DNA of 64,000 nt. Source: an uncultured virus (IMG/VR IMGVR_UViG_3300021387_003647). Taxonomy: Duplodnaviria > Heunggongvirae > Uroviricota > Caudoviricetes. Within the stretch, counting starts at the first letter, position 1; each line of letters starts with the position of its first letter. Both the position numbers and the translations under genes were made by a program. The stretch lies in IMG/VR virus record IMGVR_UViG_3300021387_003647; one strand, written 5' to 3'. Positions 21,446 through 32,412 of the stretch are shown piece after piece. Under the pieces are notes generated by a model that was not told the origin of the DNA, made no database searches, and saw only the letters and a program-made list of their open reading frames with translations.

Positions 21446-24262
21446 ATGAGTGTAAACAAAATTTTAGTTAATAATAATGATTCGAATTACACACATAGTA
21501 TATTCGATATAAGTGAATATACAGGATAGTCTTACTCTACATTGAGTGATGCTCTGAATGATATTCCGCAAGCAAAACGCAAAGGCGGAATGACCGTTCG
21601 TTATGTTAAGGACAATAAGTATGTACAGTACAGACTGATGTCTGACTCATTCAATACTACTGAAGCTAATTGGCAGGGAGTGGCAGATGAAGTTAAAGCT
21701 GGAAGTAAAGGTTTGGTCGATAGTAACGCCATAGTTAAAAATCAGTCGCAATTTATAACACAGACTTATGCTAACAAAACTCTTATATTAGAATTTGGTG
21801 GAATAAACTCAACTACTGGTGAGCCCAATACTTTACAGAAAAGATGTAGGAATAGTTCTCTCCTTTTAGGTAAGTCATCTATTGTGGTTAATAGTGGTTA
21901 TAGAATTGTCAATATATCAGAATATGACAATTTAGGTGATTTTATTCCAGATTCAGGAATATTGTTTGAAGGTGTTGTGACAGCCTATATTTCTACATCA
22001 GAGAACAATATAAAATATACATTCGCCAGATTAGATGACGCTGCAATAGAGCCAAGTGAGTATTCATCTATTATAAGAGCGTTTTCAGACATAACCAGCA
22101 ATATCCCAAGTTATTATGATTACGCAGGCGTTACTGCTGTAGAATTTTATGGAGGAACAAATAAAATAACTATTGAATCAATAATTATAGTTGATAGCAT
22201 AAGGCATTATAGGACAATCACTCAAATCCAACATACCTTTACTTTTGATACACTTTTGAATGCACCACAAGCACTGATATACAACAGATTAACTAAAGAA
22301 GTAAATATTGTCACAAGCAATATATTAGGGGAATACGATGTGCTACTTATCCTTCGTGAAAGTGACGGTAAATATTCTACTGGTGTTTTAATGGGAGAGT
22401 ATGCAAAAAGTGTGGGTCAAACCTACAATAATCCAATACAAAAATTGCTTAAAAACGATTCAAATAAAAAATCTTTAAGTATTGATATTACAGATGGGTT
22501 GCGAAATGTAAATGCTATAAATGGAGAGTTTGAGTCAACTGAAACAAATGGACATTACGCTAATGAAATAGAGTTGGTTGGAGATGAAGTATTAGTAGAA
22601 TTTCCATCTTTTAAGTTTTAGTCAAACAGATTAGGTTATGCCTTCTTAAACCAACAACGTGACTATATCATTGGTTATAAGCTAACTTCCAATACAGGAA
22701 TTAACTATATTAATGCTGATATTTTGCAATCAGCGATAGAAAACGGAGCGAAATATCTTAGATTAAGTCTTAATAATAGAGATATTGATAGCTTCAATAT
22801 ATATCATTTGGATAATAGGCATACTGTAAGAAACGATGTATCAGAATTGTTTACTTTTGGTAATAATGGTACTATAAGAGCTGACGATGGAGTAATATAG
22901 TCTATAAGTTCACAAGTTTTTACCTATTCAAATGCAGTCAACATTGATACCTTCGGCAAATATATTGTAATATTAATGCCAAGATACATTGTTGCATCAA
23001 CAAGTAAACAACATTCTGGAGGTCTTGCATTCTATGACAATCAGGACAATTATATCTCAGGCATAAATATGCCATTTGGTGAAATAGGAATAGAATATGT
23101 ATGTGTAGAAATACCCGCAAATGCATCATATATGAGAACTACCTATTACCAAGATACTTATGATTCATTTAATTATAAAGGAACATTTAGATGCTTTACA
23201 AGTGATTGTGTATCCGCAATTTGTTCACTGATAGAAAAGAATCAAAATAGCGTTTCATACTTCAGTAATACACATAGGTTTACATTCCCGACAAAGATAA
23301 TAGATAAAGCGTTTGTTTGGGATGATAATGTAGTAAATATCAATGAAGAAGAAAAAACAGGAATGGGGGTAATAAGGTTAGCATATAATTACCGTGATTA
23401 TGGAAAACCTACACCTCTAATTTTATATTTTCATGGAACTGGAGGGTTTGATTCATTCAACAATGACGAGTTTATTGATACACAGTTACCCTATATTGAT
23501 TATTTGTGTAAATGCGGATATAATGTTGCTGCAATATATGCTTGGTGCAATGGTTACGATCAAACGAATTTCCCGACACCTTTCTCACTTGGTAATTATG
23601 TCAAAGGATATGAATATATCAAAGCTCATTATAACATTGAACAAGATGGAGTATATGTACTTGGTCGTTCAGCAGGGTGTTATAGTGTCCTAAGTTTAGG
23701 ATACAATGGGGGAATTAAGATTAAAGCTGCTGCCATTCATTCTGGTGCAACTGGACTAATTGCAAGAGCAAATAGTTCATATCAAACCTACTTAAAAAAG
23801 TTTGTGTTTGATAATGATGTTAATTATGAGTTCACTGCACAGTATTTAAATGATAATTTTGAAAAATATTCCTCATACGAGAATATACTACTTGGTGTAT
23901 CCGAATTAGATAAACAAAAAATGATTAATGCTACTATACAACGAGACGTTTCTATACTTGGAACACATAAGAGGTATCAACCCTTTCCATCAAAGATATG
24001 GGCAGCAAGCGATGATACTTCTATTAATTATCAAAATCTTGTTGATTATGCCAAGTCTGTTGCATTAAGTGGTGGGTTATGCGAGTTTAGAAGGATGCCA
24101 TCAAACTATACTGATGATATTGTAACAATCCCAAATGCACATCATATTACAGATACACATGGTCCTTCTATAAATTCAGTAGTCACTAAATTGGGATTTA
24201 CAGTTGAAAATATACCAGTAGGATATTATGAGACAATAGAGTTCTTTGAAAGATTTGGATAA
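21446..24262 (+). CDS. 938-aa modular protein: shared N-terminal module plus C-terminal alpha/beta hydrolase (three in-frame TAGs)
   Basis: Starts MSVNKILVNN like 19324; only TAG stops (21527, 22619, 22898) in frame; PLILYFHGTGG and GRSAG motifs. Confidence 0.82.
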
Positions 24263-24309
24263 TAGTATATAATTCTTACAAAAAGTATGTACATAACATT
24301 CACAAAAAA

Positions 24310-24341
24310 AGAAGCAGAGATGCGATGTTCTCTGCTTCTTT
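24310..24341. terminator. bidirectional terminator
   Basis: AGAAGCAGAGA..TCTCTGCTTCT between convergent genes. Confidence 0.65.
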
Positions 24342-24361
24342 GAAAAATGAAAATAAGTTTA

Positions 24362-24592
24362 TTACGAAGTTTTGTGATATGTTGTTGTGTTGAAAGCGAA
24401 GAGGATTCGCAGTAGCACTATCAGTCCGTACATTTCCCAGAATGTCAAGACGGGTGCTCCGAATTTAGGGATGATGATAATCATCCAGAGCCATTGTGCA
24501 AAGCCGGCTAGTATCAGGCTGATGATAAGTGCAGCAACCAATGCTGACAAGCAGCCCATTATGATTTGTTCTCCAATATTACTCATAGTCAA
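24362..24592 (-). CDS. small membrane protein
   Basis: Two hydrophobic helices; LTFWEMYGL. Confidence 0.6.
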   Translation of the reverse strand: MTMSNIGEQIIMGCLSALVAALIISLILAGFAQWLWMIIIIPKFGAPVLTFWEMYGLIVLLRILFAFNTTTYHKTS

Positions 24593-24595
24593 TTA

Positions 24596-24865
24596 TTATT
24601 TTGTTACTCCGGTTTCACTGGAACTATTTTCATTAACAGTCTCTTCAGCATTCATACTCATAATAGAAGCATCTCCGGGCATGAACGGTTTGTTTGCGGG
24701 AACAGTCTCTGCTTTGCTTATCGAATAAGCAATCCACAATACTGTTGCTCCGGCCAGTAATCCGAATACAACTGGATAACTTGATGCTAACCATATCAAG
24801 AATCCCAAGTAGCAAAGGCTCACTATCAATATCAGCGGCCAATAATTTTTACATTTTTTACTCAT
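24596..24865 (-). CDS. small membrane protein
   Basis: Two hydrophobic helices; operon packing. Confidence 0.6.
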   Translation of the reverse strand: MSKKCKNYWPLILIVSLCYLGFLIWLASSYPVVFGLLAGATVLWIAYSISKAETVPANKPFMPGDASIMSMNAEETVNENSSSETGVTK

Positions 24866-25085
24866 AGTTGTGTAATGTTTCGTTAAGTCCTCGTATTACT
24901 TTCAGTTCATTCACCAGAGATTCGGGAATGTCGTTGATTTTGATGTACTGGTTGTCATAATCAGACCAGATACACGTACATTCCACTTTCGACAGCAGAT
25001 AGATGACTCGGTCGAGTGTCTCTACGGGAATGTTCACCGACTTTCCCGTTTTGTTCTTTTTCAGTTGTGACAGTTTGAATTCCAT
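24858..25085 (-). CDS. hypothetical protein
   Basis: ATG start MEFKLSQ in ORF 24858..25178. Confidence 0.5.
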   Translation of the reverse strand: MEFKLSQLKKNKTGKSVNIPVETLDRVIYLLSKVECTCIWSDYDNQYIKINDIPESLVNELKVIRGLNETLHNYE

Positions 25086-25181
25086 TTCTTTGTTCTTTTT
25101 AAAATTCGTATCTGTAATATATACTATAGAATTCTGGTTTTGTCTAAGAAAAAATCCGCAAAGTCCCCGATTTAACAAAAT

Positions 25182-25394
25182 TTAGGCAAACAGTGTGTTA
25201 AAAATGCTCCTGATTGTCATCTTCCACTTGCCGTCTTTCAGTTCCCGGCCGTTGATATACAGATGATTGTTATACTGTACGATAGACTGTCCGAAGAACG
25301 AAGACTTCGGAATATCATATCTAACGCCGTCTACGATTACTCCGGAATCGTCTTGTATAATAGTATGTTCGTTTTGATTAATATAATTTGCCAT
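25182..25394 (-). CDS. hypothetical protein
   Basis: ORF track; operon packing. Confidence 0.55.
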   Translation of the reverse strand: MANYINQNEHTIIQDDSGVIVDGVRYDIPKSSFFGQSIVQYNNHLYINGRELKDGKWKMTIRSIFNTLFA

Positions 25395-25405
25395 GTTCGA
25401 TTTGT

Positions 25406-25897
25406 TTATTCTTCTGTTTCGAAACTTTCCACTTGTGCTTTCAGACTCTGTACGCGGTCGTACATATTTTTCAATTGACTGGCCCGGAGATTATTTCCGG
25501 GTAAGTTCACTGCTTTGTAGTATTGTAGTTCTGCTTCCTGCCACTCAGCACGAGCAATCTGATAGTCGGCTTCTTTCCAAGCCAAAGCAGTATCCGGTTC
25601 GAGAATCTCGATGTTCTGTTCGAATGCTTCTCGTCCGATGGTGTTGATAAGAATATTACGGAGCCGTTCTTTACAATCAGCAATGAACTGTGGATCTACT
25701 TCTGTGTCGGTCACATAGACTTTCAACTGTTCACTGCCAGTTTCAGTAAACAGCATACACAGTCGGTTCATTTTTGTGAGAGTCTGGACTATCTCAAGCA
25801 GTTTAGTGGAGTTATTACAACTCCGGATTAACTTGAGAAGTTTCCAGGATTCTCTCCAACGAACCCACCATTGCTTTATGTTCTAAACAATTTTCAT
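25406..25897 (-). CDS. hypothetical protein (TAG at codon 5)
   Basis: Reading through TAG gives an ATG at 25897 forming an ATGA overlap with the upstream stop. Confidence 0.6.
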
Positions 25898-26301
25898 TTA
25901 ATTAACTCGTTCTTTATATTATTATACAATTCTTTATATTTTTCTTCAGTTATCGGAACTGGATGTCTCATTAAAATTCCAAGACTAGAACTAGTATATT
26001 CTTGGTCAAGTTTTTCCGGCCAACTTACTGTATAATGAATATATGCATCACCATCTATTTTATCAATTCGAGCAATATGTTTAAAATTATCACTTGACCA
26101 ATATTTACTACATTTCAATGCAGCAAATGGAGATTTATAATAATATCCATCTCGAAGTTCTTCTAACTCTTTAATTAATGCTTTTCTATCTTCTTCTAAA
26201 ATACTTAAAGTTCTTTCAACTTCTTGTAATCGTTTTGTATAATTATTGAAGTCGTCTAATTCTTTAAACTGAAGTATGCCGTTTTCTTTTTCATAACTCA
26301 A
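25894..26301 (-). CDS. hypothetical protein
   Basis: ORF track. Confidence 0.55.
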   Translation of the reverse strand: MSYEKENGILQFKELDDFNNYTKRLQEVERTLSILEEDRKALIKELEELRDGYYYKSPFAALKCSKYWSSDNFKHIARIDKIDGDAYIHYTVSWPEKLDQEYTSSSLGILMRHPVPITEEKYKELYNNIKNELIK

Positions 26302-26310
26302 AACAATATT

Positions 26311-27003
26311 TTACTTTCTATCCCAACTCATCAGAATCTTCGAGTATATGTCAGAGATCTTGAAGAACTCGTTCATATTCTCTTCAACGATTTCCCGTGA
26401 ATATTCCAGTTTCATCTTCTTGATGCTGTCCATCATAAACTGCATATTGTTAGCGAAGAATTTCGTGACATCCTTCTCTTTCATCTCTTCCATCAGTCCG
26501 AAGACATTCTGAGTAATATAGTCGTCATAGAAACTGACGAGCAAGTCACACTCGCGGAGTATTCTCTGATGAACAGTCAGGTTTGCATCATCGATAACAT
26601 ACGGGAACTGCGTTGCATCGATATTCTCCTTGCAGAGATTAATGATGAAAACGACATCTTCTCCTTCGAGTACTTCCTTCAGACAGTCTTCCAGTCCCTG
26701 CTTAGCAATCTTTACGTTTGTTGCATCGTCGAACCGTCCGGCACTGTGGTTGAAATCGTGGAATAGTGCACTCAGAATCAGGATATACAAATCTTCGTTT
26801 CCTAACTGGAACCCGTAGTTATGACCGCCCTATTTACAGCGGTTGAACAGGTTGATGATATGATAAATCATTCCGAGTGTATGTCGGAGATTATGATACG
26901 GGTTCGTCATTGTCACACAATGACGGATATACCAGTTGTAGAACTTCGTCAGGTTCTCGTTGGCATATATACATTCGTGTACTGCTGCATAGTCAAGTTT
27001 CAT
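26311..27003 (-). CDS. HD-domain phosphohydrolase (joined through TAG at 26830-26832)
   Basis: NPYHNLRH upstream of the TAG; LFHDFNH and ECD downstream. Confidence 0.8.
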
Positions 27004-27069
27004 TTTTCTCTTTGTTCATTAATTTTAAGGTGTTCAACGATTCGTGAACGACAGTGTTTCCTTGAACGC

Positions 27070-27495
27070 TTACTCGTTGATGGAATAGAACGGATGCGGG
27101 ATGATGTCTGAGTTCTTTGCCGGCTCTACCACGATATAAACTCGCATCGAGTCGTATTCAGAATTGTTGCAGATATAGTCTAGACGTGTCATCTTGAACG
27201 AGCGCAACTGTCCGTTAACATCTATCCAGAGAATCGCTCCAGTCTCCGGTAGCATCCGTGCCGAGAAGTCTTCAACCAACACTTCCATTCTCGGTGTGCT
27301 CATCTCTGACTCTGCTGCTTCATCAAACACATACGTGATGACTGTTACCGGAATCTCCGACTCATATGCTTCTCGCAGTCGCTCTTCATCTTCTTCGATG
27401 ATTTGCTCCCTCAACCGTTCTTCACGAAGTTCGTCTCTGGTCCGTTTCGAGAACAGACCAGAGAACCACTTCTTCATTGTCTTCCACCACTTCAT
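27070..27495 (-). CDS. hypothetical protein
   Basis: ORF track; operon packing. Confidence 0.6.
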   Translation of the reverse strand: MKWWKTMKKWFSGLFSKRTRDELREERLREQIIEEDEERLREAYESEIPVTVITYVFDEAAESEMSTPRMEVLVEDFSARMLPETGAILWIDVNGQLRSFKMTRLDYICNNSEYDSMRVYIVVEPAKNSDIIPHPFYSINE

Positions 27496-27498
27496 AGG

Positions 27499-27909
27499 TT
27501 ACGCTTCAAAGATAGTCCAGAGCTTGGTCTGGTTCTCTTTTACATCGATAATCTCCATCAAGGGACGTGCGTGGACAAAGTCCAGGTTCTCGATATATGA
27601 GATGATGATGTTCATATCGGTTACATCCATCTTCTGACTGTTCGCCTCCACGAACTTCACCACTTCTACCAGTCGCTGCTGCTGACCGCTGTTGTTCGAC
27701 AGCACAGTACGATAGGGAAGTGAGTCAACACACTGATGGAACCGCTGCATAAACAGCGGAGTCACCTTCAGATACTGCTTGTACACTTTGGTCTGAGGAG
27801 CCGGCATATCGCTGTCGTCCTCTTCCATCTTGATGTCCTCGGGTTTGATGGGCTCTGGCTCCAGTGCTTTCTTCAGAGCTTCTTTGTTGTCTTTTTTGTT
27901 GTTTGCCAT
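27499..27909 (-). CDS. hypothetical protein
   Basis: ORF track; operon packing. Confidence 0.6.
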   Translation of the reverse strand: MANNKKDNKEALKKALEPEPIKPEDIKMEEDDSDMPAPQTKVYKQYLKVTPLFMQRFHQCVDSLPYRTVLSNNSGQQQRLVEVVKFVEANSQKMDVTDMNIIISYIENLDFVHARPLMEIIDVKENQTKLWTIFEA

Positions 27910-27936
27910 TTTTCTTTACTTATTATAAATTTTTGT

Positions 27937-28296
27937 TTAGTTTCCGAAATTCAGATTACTGAAGTTTGGCATCTGGGGCATGGCCGGCATACTTGGCATC
28001 TTAGGCATTGAAGCCTGCTGTTGCTTGTACATCGATTCCATCGACCTGCGTTGTTGTTCAATCATATCTGCCGTGTCGTCGCCGCTCTGTCCTTTCTCCT
28101 GCTTGTCGATGAAGTCGTTATGAGCTTCCAGCAGCATCAGTACATCGAACATCGCCATACCGTTCAGTTCCGACGGCGGGATATGAATATCCTTTGCGAA
28201 TGCATATGTCAAGTCAGCGATGTTCTTGTACGGCAACATGAACAGGTGTTTCAGATTGAAACTGTCAGAGAGGAAGTACTCTACCCCGGTGGACAT
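27937..28296 (-). CDS. putative baseplate hub assembly protein (T4 gp51-like); start uncertain
   Basis: HIPPSELNGMAMFDV pattern directly after a gp26-like gene. Confidence 0.4.
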   Translation of the reverse strand: MSTGVEYFLSDSFNLKHLFMLPYKNIADLTYAFAKDIHIPPSELNGMAMFDVLMLLEAHNDFIDKQEKGQSGDDTADMIEQQRRSMESMYKQQQASMPKMPSMPAMPQMPNFSNLNFGN

Positions 28297-28369
28297 AATA
28301 CTTCCCCGTCTGGCTGTCAGATGCTTTTCATTCCAGTGCGTATAAATCACCGGGTCGTAGTTCAGCGGA

Positions 28370-29434
28370 TCAGAAGTCCAGTTCGTCAATTCTCTCGCCG
28401 ATGATAGCCTTAATGCCGCCGCGAAAGTTGAGCGGTGTCTCAGCCTCCTTTCCGTCATCAGTGGTGTATGACATCACCGGACTCACGGCACGAGTGAGGA
28501 TTGTCCTCATTCTTGAGATAATAGACCATTCATACGAACCCCATCGGTGCGACTCAGCGAGCAGCGATACGTAACCGTCGTCGGTCAGGTTGCGCCAGTC
28601 CTGGATCAGCATCGGAGCAATCTTGGCGAAGTCCATGTCGAATGCTTCCTGCAACTGTGCCTTGCGCTGCGAGTACTGCTTAATCCACATCGTAGTACCG
28701 ATGCTCGGCATGTAGATGTTCAGGTCCTTGGCGTTCGGAGTCTTGGCCTTGAACGTAAAGCAACGCTTGTCGCTGTTGTAGTAGTTGTCGAGCAACTTCT
28801 GCGGGAAGTCAACAAACTTGATGTTGTCCTTCTTTACTACCACATCATCCGTCTCGTTCACTGCAATCTTCAACTCATTATGACCGTCGGTGTATGTCAG
28901 GTCATGGATAGAGATAAGGATGTACAGACGGTCTACAGAGTTCAGATCCTTGTAGTTGGCTGTCTTTCCGGGAGACGAGATAGAGCAGCAACGCTCAATG
29001 ACGTGGTTGATAGCATCGTCAATTTCCTGGAGTTCGGTCTCATCCATCAGTGACCACGAACGGATTTCTCCCATCGATGCACTACGGATATAAATCTGTG
29101 CACCTTCAGGCAGGAACAATCCACCGGTGGGAAGGTCTTTGACGGGAATGGGAATAAATCCCAAGCCAATCTCCTTCTGTTCCTGACGGATTTCTTCACG
29201 GCGCTCAGCCTGTGCTTCCCTCAGTGTCTTCTTACGAGTAGCCTGCTGCTCTTCGAATGTAGTCTCCTCAACGGGTTCAGTTTCTACATTCTTGGGAGCA
29301 TTCTTGTTTACCCGGTCAGCCGGACTCACCACAGACGATGCTGCCTGTCCGTTCTTCTCTTCTTCTTGTGCGGCATGCATTGCCAACACTTCCTCGATGG
29401 TATGCTTACCACCATTGTTGTTATTTTCTGGCAT
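28370..29434 (-). CDS. putative baseplate hub protein (T4 gp26-like)
   Basis: LPTGG..IRS...EI, DLNSVDRLYILISI and terminal PLNFRGGIKAI resemble the gp26 family. Confidence 0.5.
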   Translation of the reverse strand: MPENNNNGGKHTIEEVLAMHAAQEEEKNGQAASSVVSPADRVNKNAPKNVETEPVEETTFEEQQATRKKTLREAQAERREEIRQEQKEIGLGFIPIPVKDLPTGGLFLPEGAQIYIRSASMGEIRSWSLMDETELQEIDDAINHVIERCCSISSPGKTANYKDLNSVDRLYILISIHDLTYTDGHNELKIAVNETDDVVVKKDNIKFVDFPQKLLDNYYNSDKRCFTFKAKTPNAKDLNIYMPSIGTTMWIKQYSQRKAQLQEAFDMDFAKIAPMLIQDWRNLTDDGYVSLLAESHRWGSYEWSIISRMRTILTRAVSPVMSYTTDDGKEAETPLNFRGGIKAIIGERIDELDF

Positions 29435-29670
29435 CTTAATAAAAAATAAATTTTCTTTTTTCTTGATTCATTACTATTTATATCACGTTTTCCTAAATAT
29501 TGTACTCCGGAATATAAAAAAGTTTTAAAATACGGAAATTTTTCTTTCCGAATAGTCATAAAAATACTTTCTTTAATAAAACTGTATTTCTGATTTTATT
29601 TTTGAATTCATTAGAATAAAAATAAGAATTCAATGATTTTACTATGATAATTCTGTGAATTTTCGTTGCA

Positions 29671-29750
29671 ATTCACGTGATTGTAGAAATATAATCATAG
29701 TGATTACGAAAATGAAATCACGTGATTGCAGAATTAAAATCACAAGACTA
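29671..29750. repeat. degenerate ~22-bp periodic array with TCACGTGATT core
   Basis: Units near 29673, 29695, 29718 and 29740; includes palindrome AATCACGTGATT. Confidence 0.6.
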
Positions 29751-29791
29751 TAAAATCTGAGAAACACGCATAAGTCTCTCAGATTCTTAAT

Positions 29792-30115
29792 TCAACAACC
29801 GCCACTGGAACCACAACCGCCACTATAACTGCGATAACTGCTGACTCCGCATCCGCCAGACTTTCCACAACTGCCGCTGCTCCATATATCACGAAGATGC
29901 TGAGTTATATTACCTTCATATGTATCAGTAGAGTCTTTAGAATTGTTTGTTCCACAATGACAACCATATGCTTCCTGTCCGTTAAATATCTCATTGTTGT
30001 AACTGGCTTGTGCGCATTTCGCAGCGATTTTCTTTGTAATCTTGTCAACAGCATCGTTTACCGCATCGGCAACCATGCTTCTCAATTCGTATTCATCAAT
30101 CAGAATCTTTGCCAT
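29792..30115 (-). CDS. small protein with Cys/Gly/Ser-rich C-terminus
   Basis: ...SSGSCGKSGGCGVSSYRSYSGGCGSSGGC. Confidence 0.65.
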   Translation of the reverse strand: MAKILIDEYELRSMVADAVNDAVDKITKKIAAKCAQASYNNEIFNGQEAYGCHCGTNNSKDSTDTYEGNITQHLRDIWSSGSCGKSGGCGVSSYRSYSGGCGSSGGC

Positions 30116-30139
30116 AATTGTATATCGTTAAATTAATTT

Positions 30140-31003
30140 TCAAATCCAGTAGGGATGGATGCTTCCGTCTTCATATACTACTCCGAAGTAGTATTTCTTC
30201 TCGAAGAGTTTGCGAGTCGCAGCCTTGAACATATCCGACATGTTCGCTCGCAACAGTTTATTTACCAGGAAACAAGTCCGCTTCAATGTGAACCGTCCTT
30301 CGTATGAGGGAATCCACGGACGGATGTCGAACTCCGTCTTGCAGCCGTGCGCAAACGGCGATTTCATCTTCATACCGAACACTTCTTCGAAGTTCACGTA
30401 CATCGACTCCATGTTGAACAACTCTACGAGTTTGATGTCGCGGAAACCCATCCGGTTGTAATGTTCGATGCAAGCCAGGATGTCTTCTTTCTCACAGAGA
30501 TACGGCTTCACCATGTTCAAGTTGACCGTCACTTTCTCTTTATACGGCATCTCCGCATAGAACTGCTGTCGGTCGAATGTTGACTTGTGGCCGCGCATCC
30601 GGTCGGCAATATCTTCCTTGTAGTGTTGCGGCGATATAGCCAGTCCGTCACACAGCTCCAGAATCTTCTTGAAGATGTTCCGCTGCCGGTAGCATTCTTC
30701 TGGAATAGCCGATATGACATATACCTTCAATGTTGTATTCTGCTTCAGCAGCATAATCAGTTCTAGCAAGTGAGTCATAAATAGCATCGGCTCTCCGCCA
30801 CTGATACATACTGACCCGATATGGTCTTTATATAATAGTATACGCTTGTAGATGGCACCGACATCCGGCACTGCCGACTTCCCGGACAGTCCCCGGTTCG
30901 TTGCATCGATGCAGAACGGACATTTGTTCGGACAACTCTTGGTAAAGTGCACCTGCAGTTCGTTGCAAATCTGGTCACATGTATTTACGTTGTATTTTAT
31001 CAT
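30140..31003 (-). CDS. radical SAM protein
   Basis: CPNKCPFC (CxxxCxxC) and SGGEP. Confidence 0.9.
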   Translation of the reverse strand: MIKYNVNTCDQICNELQVHFTKSCPNKCPFCIDATNRGLSGKSAVPDVGAIYKRILLYKDHIGSVCISGGEPMLFMTHLLELIMLLKQNTTLKVYVISAIPEECYRQRNIFKKILELCDGLAISPQHYKEDIADRMRGHKSTFDRQQFYAEMPYKEKVTVNLNMVKPYLCEKEDILACIEHYNRMGFRDIKLVELFNMESMYVNFEEVFGMKMKSPFAHGCKTEFDIRPWIPSYEGRFTLKRTCFLVNKLLRANMSDMFKAATRKLFEKKYYFGVVYEDGSIHPYWI

Positions 31004-31037
31004 TTCTTACTAATTATACTCTAACAATCACTTAATG

Positions 31038-31739
31038 TCAGTTATTCGGATTCTCCCGATAATGCAGTCTATATTCTTCTGCCAACTGAAACAGTTCATC
31101 TTTATCGAAAGACTTAGCGAAGACGTTGTATTTGTTCTTTGCTGTTTCTTTCCGGCCGAGCACATCAGCAATATGCCGGATAAAGTCCATATCTCGGTCT
31201 GTAAGACTAAGTATCATCGAATTGACCATCCAGATGACTGTCTTCTTCGACATATGATAATGGCAGCGGAGTTTCCAGAAGTCACTGCCGCAGCCGGCAA
31301 GATAATACTGGAACGTATAGCCCAATCGGGTCAGAGTCTTGCCTTTTGCCTTCAACGTAGCAGCACAACCGCCAAGCAACAGCAACATCCGGCGTTTGTT
31401 CCATTCGTTAGTCACAATAGTCACCATACCGCTGCATCGGGCTTGATGCATATTCTCTATCTTTGTTACTTTCCGGCGATATTTGCTTGTCTTGCAGTTG
31501 TCGAGTGTTCGCAGATAGGCAACCATATGACCGGCCTCGTGAATGCGAATCATCTGTTCGCTCACCAACAGACGGAACAGCCATTCTCCGATGACTGTAT
31601 CGACAAAAAACTTGCCGAATGCGCACATTGCTTTAAAGAAGATAATATATACAACTATCCATACAACAATAAAGCAGAACAATGCCCAGAAATCACTTGC
31701 GAAGTACATATCTTTTATTATATCATTGTTTATATTCAT
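31038..31739 (-). CDS. membrane-anchored HExxH metallopeptidase-like protein (M41/M50-like)
   Basis: N-terminal hydrophobic helix, IHEAGH, LLGG.AA, GSD. Confidence 0.6.
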   Translation of the reverse strand: MNINNDIIKDMYFASDFWALFCFIVVWIVVYIIFFKAMCAFGKFFVDTVIGEWLFRLLVSEQMIRIHEAGHMVAYLRTLDNCKTSKYRRKVTKIENMHQARCSGMVTIVTNEWNKRRMLLLLGGCAATLKAKGKTLTRLGYTFQYYLAGCGSDFWKLRCHYHMSKKTVIWMVNSMILSLTDRDMDFIRHIADVLGRKETAKNKYNVFAKSFDKDELFQLAEEYRLHYRENPNN

Positions 31740-31883
31740 CTAGATGATTTGTTCGAATCATCTAGCATCATTTGACTAAATCATCAGCATCATCAGAGCA
31801 AATCATCTAGAACATCTGACAGAATCATCTACATCATTTAATGAATCCATATAGAAGTTTTGTTCAAATGATGCGCATCATTA

Positions 31884-32177
31884 TCAATCCCATCCTACAT
31901 CACAGTAGCCTTCTCCTTCGATGACCATACAATGATAGTCAAATGCTCCAGGAAGAAGTATCTGGTCCATCTGAAATTTTGCTCTATGAAATTCTTCTTC
32001 GGTCAACTGCTTGATAAACACCCATTCATCTTTTTTGAACCAGTGTCTCTTACGGCGATACTCTTTGTAAAACCAGATAATATCACCTTTTAACTGAAGG
32101 ATTTTCTCGTGCCTCGTATAAATCGTATGTTTCCTGTAAGGAATCTTCTCTTTAGGAATGTAGTTCGCTTCACTCAT
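31884..32177 (-). CDS. hypothetical protein
   Basis: ORF track. Confidence 0.55.
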   Translation of the reverse strand: MSEANYIPKEKIPYRKHTIYTRHEKILQLKGDIIWFYKEYRRKRHWFKKDEWVFIKQLTEEEFHRAKFQMDQILLPGAFDYHCMVIEGEGYCDVGWD

Positions 32178-32178
32178 A

Positions 32179-32412
32179 TTAACATATTTTATCGATTAAA
32201 CGTTCGTAGTATTCATCTTCTGGATAAACTTCGCTTAACGGGAAACCAGAGTCACAACCAATCTTGTTTTTTGGTATAACTACTGGTTCTTCCATCATCA
32301 TTACATCGCATAAATTACGATCGTTCTTTGTATCATAAACGCAATATACGCATTCCATGCATTTAACTTTAGGTTCTTTCGTATCGTTAATCTTCTTCAT
32401 CGCTATCATCAT
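32179..32412 (-). CDS. hypothetical Cys-rich protein
   Basis: CxxCxxC..C..C; start uncertain. Confidence 0.5.
   Translation of the reverse strand: MMIAMKKINDTKEPKVKCMECVYCVYDTKNDRNLCDVMMMEEPVVIPKNKIGCDSGFPLSEVYPEDEYYERLIDKIC

Noticed and set aside
1..24262. Diversity-generating retroelement acting on the cassette genes
   Set aside because: No reverse transcriptase in the window and no adenine-specific TR/VR pair seen; similarity is N-terminal.
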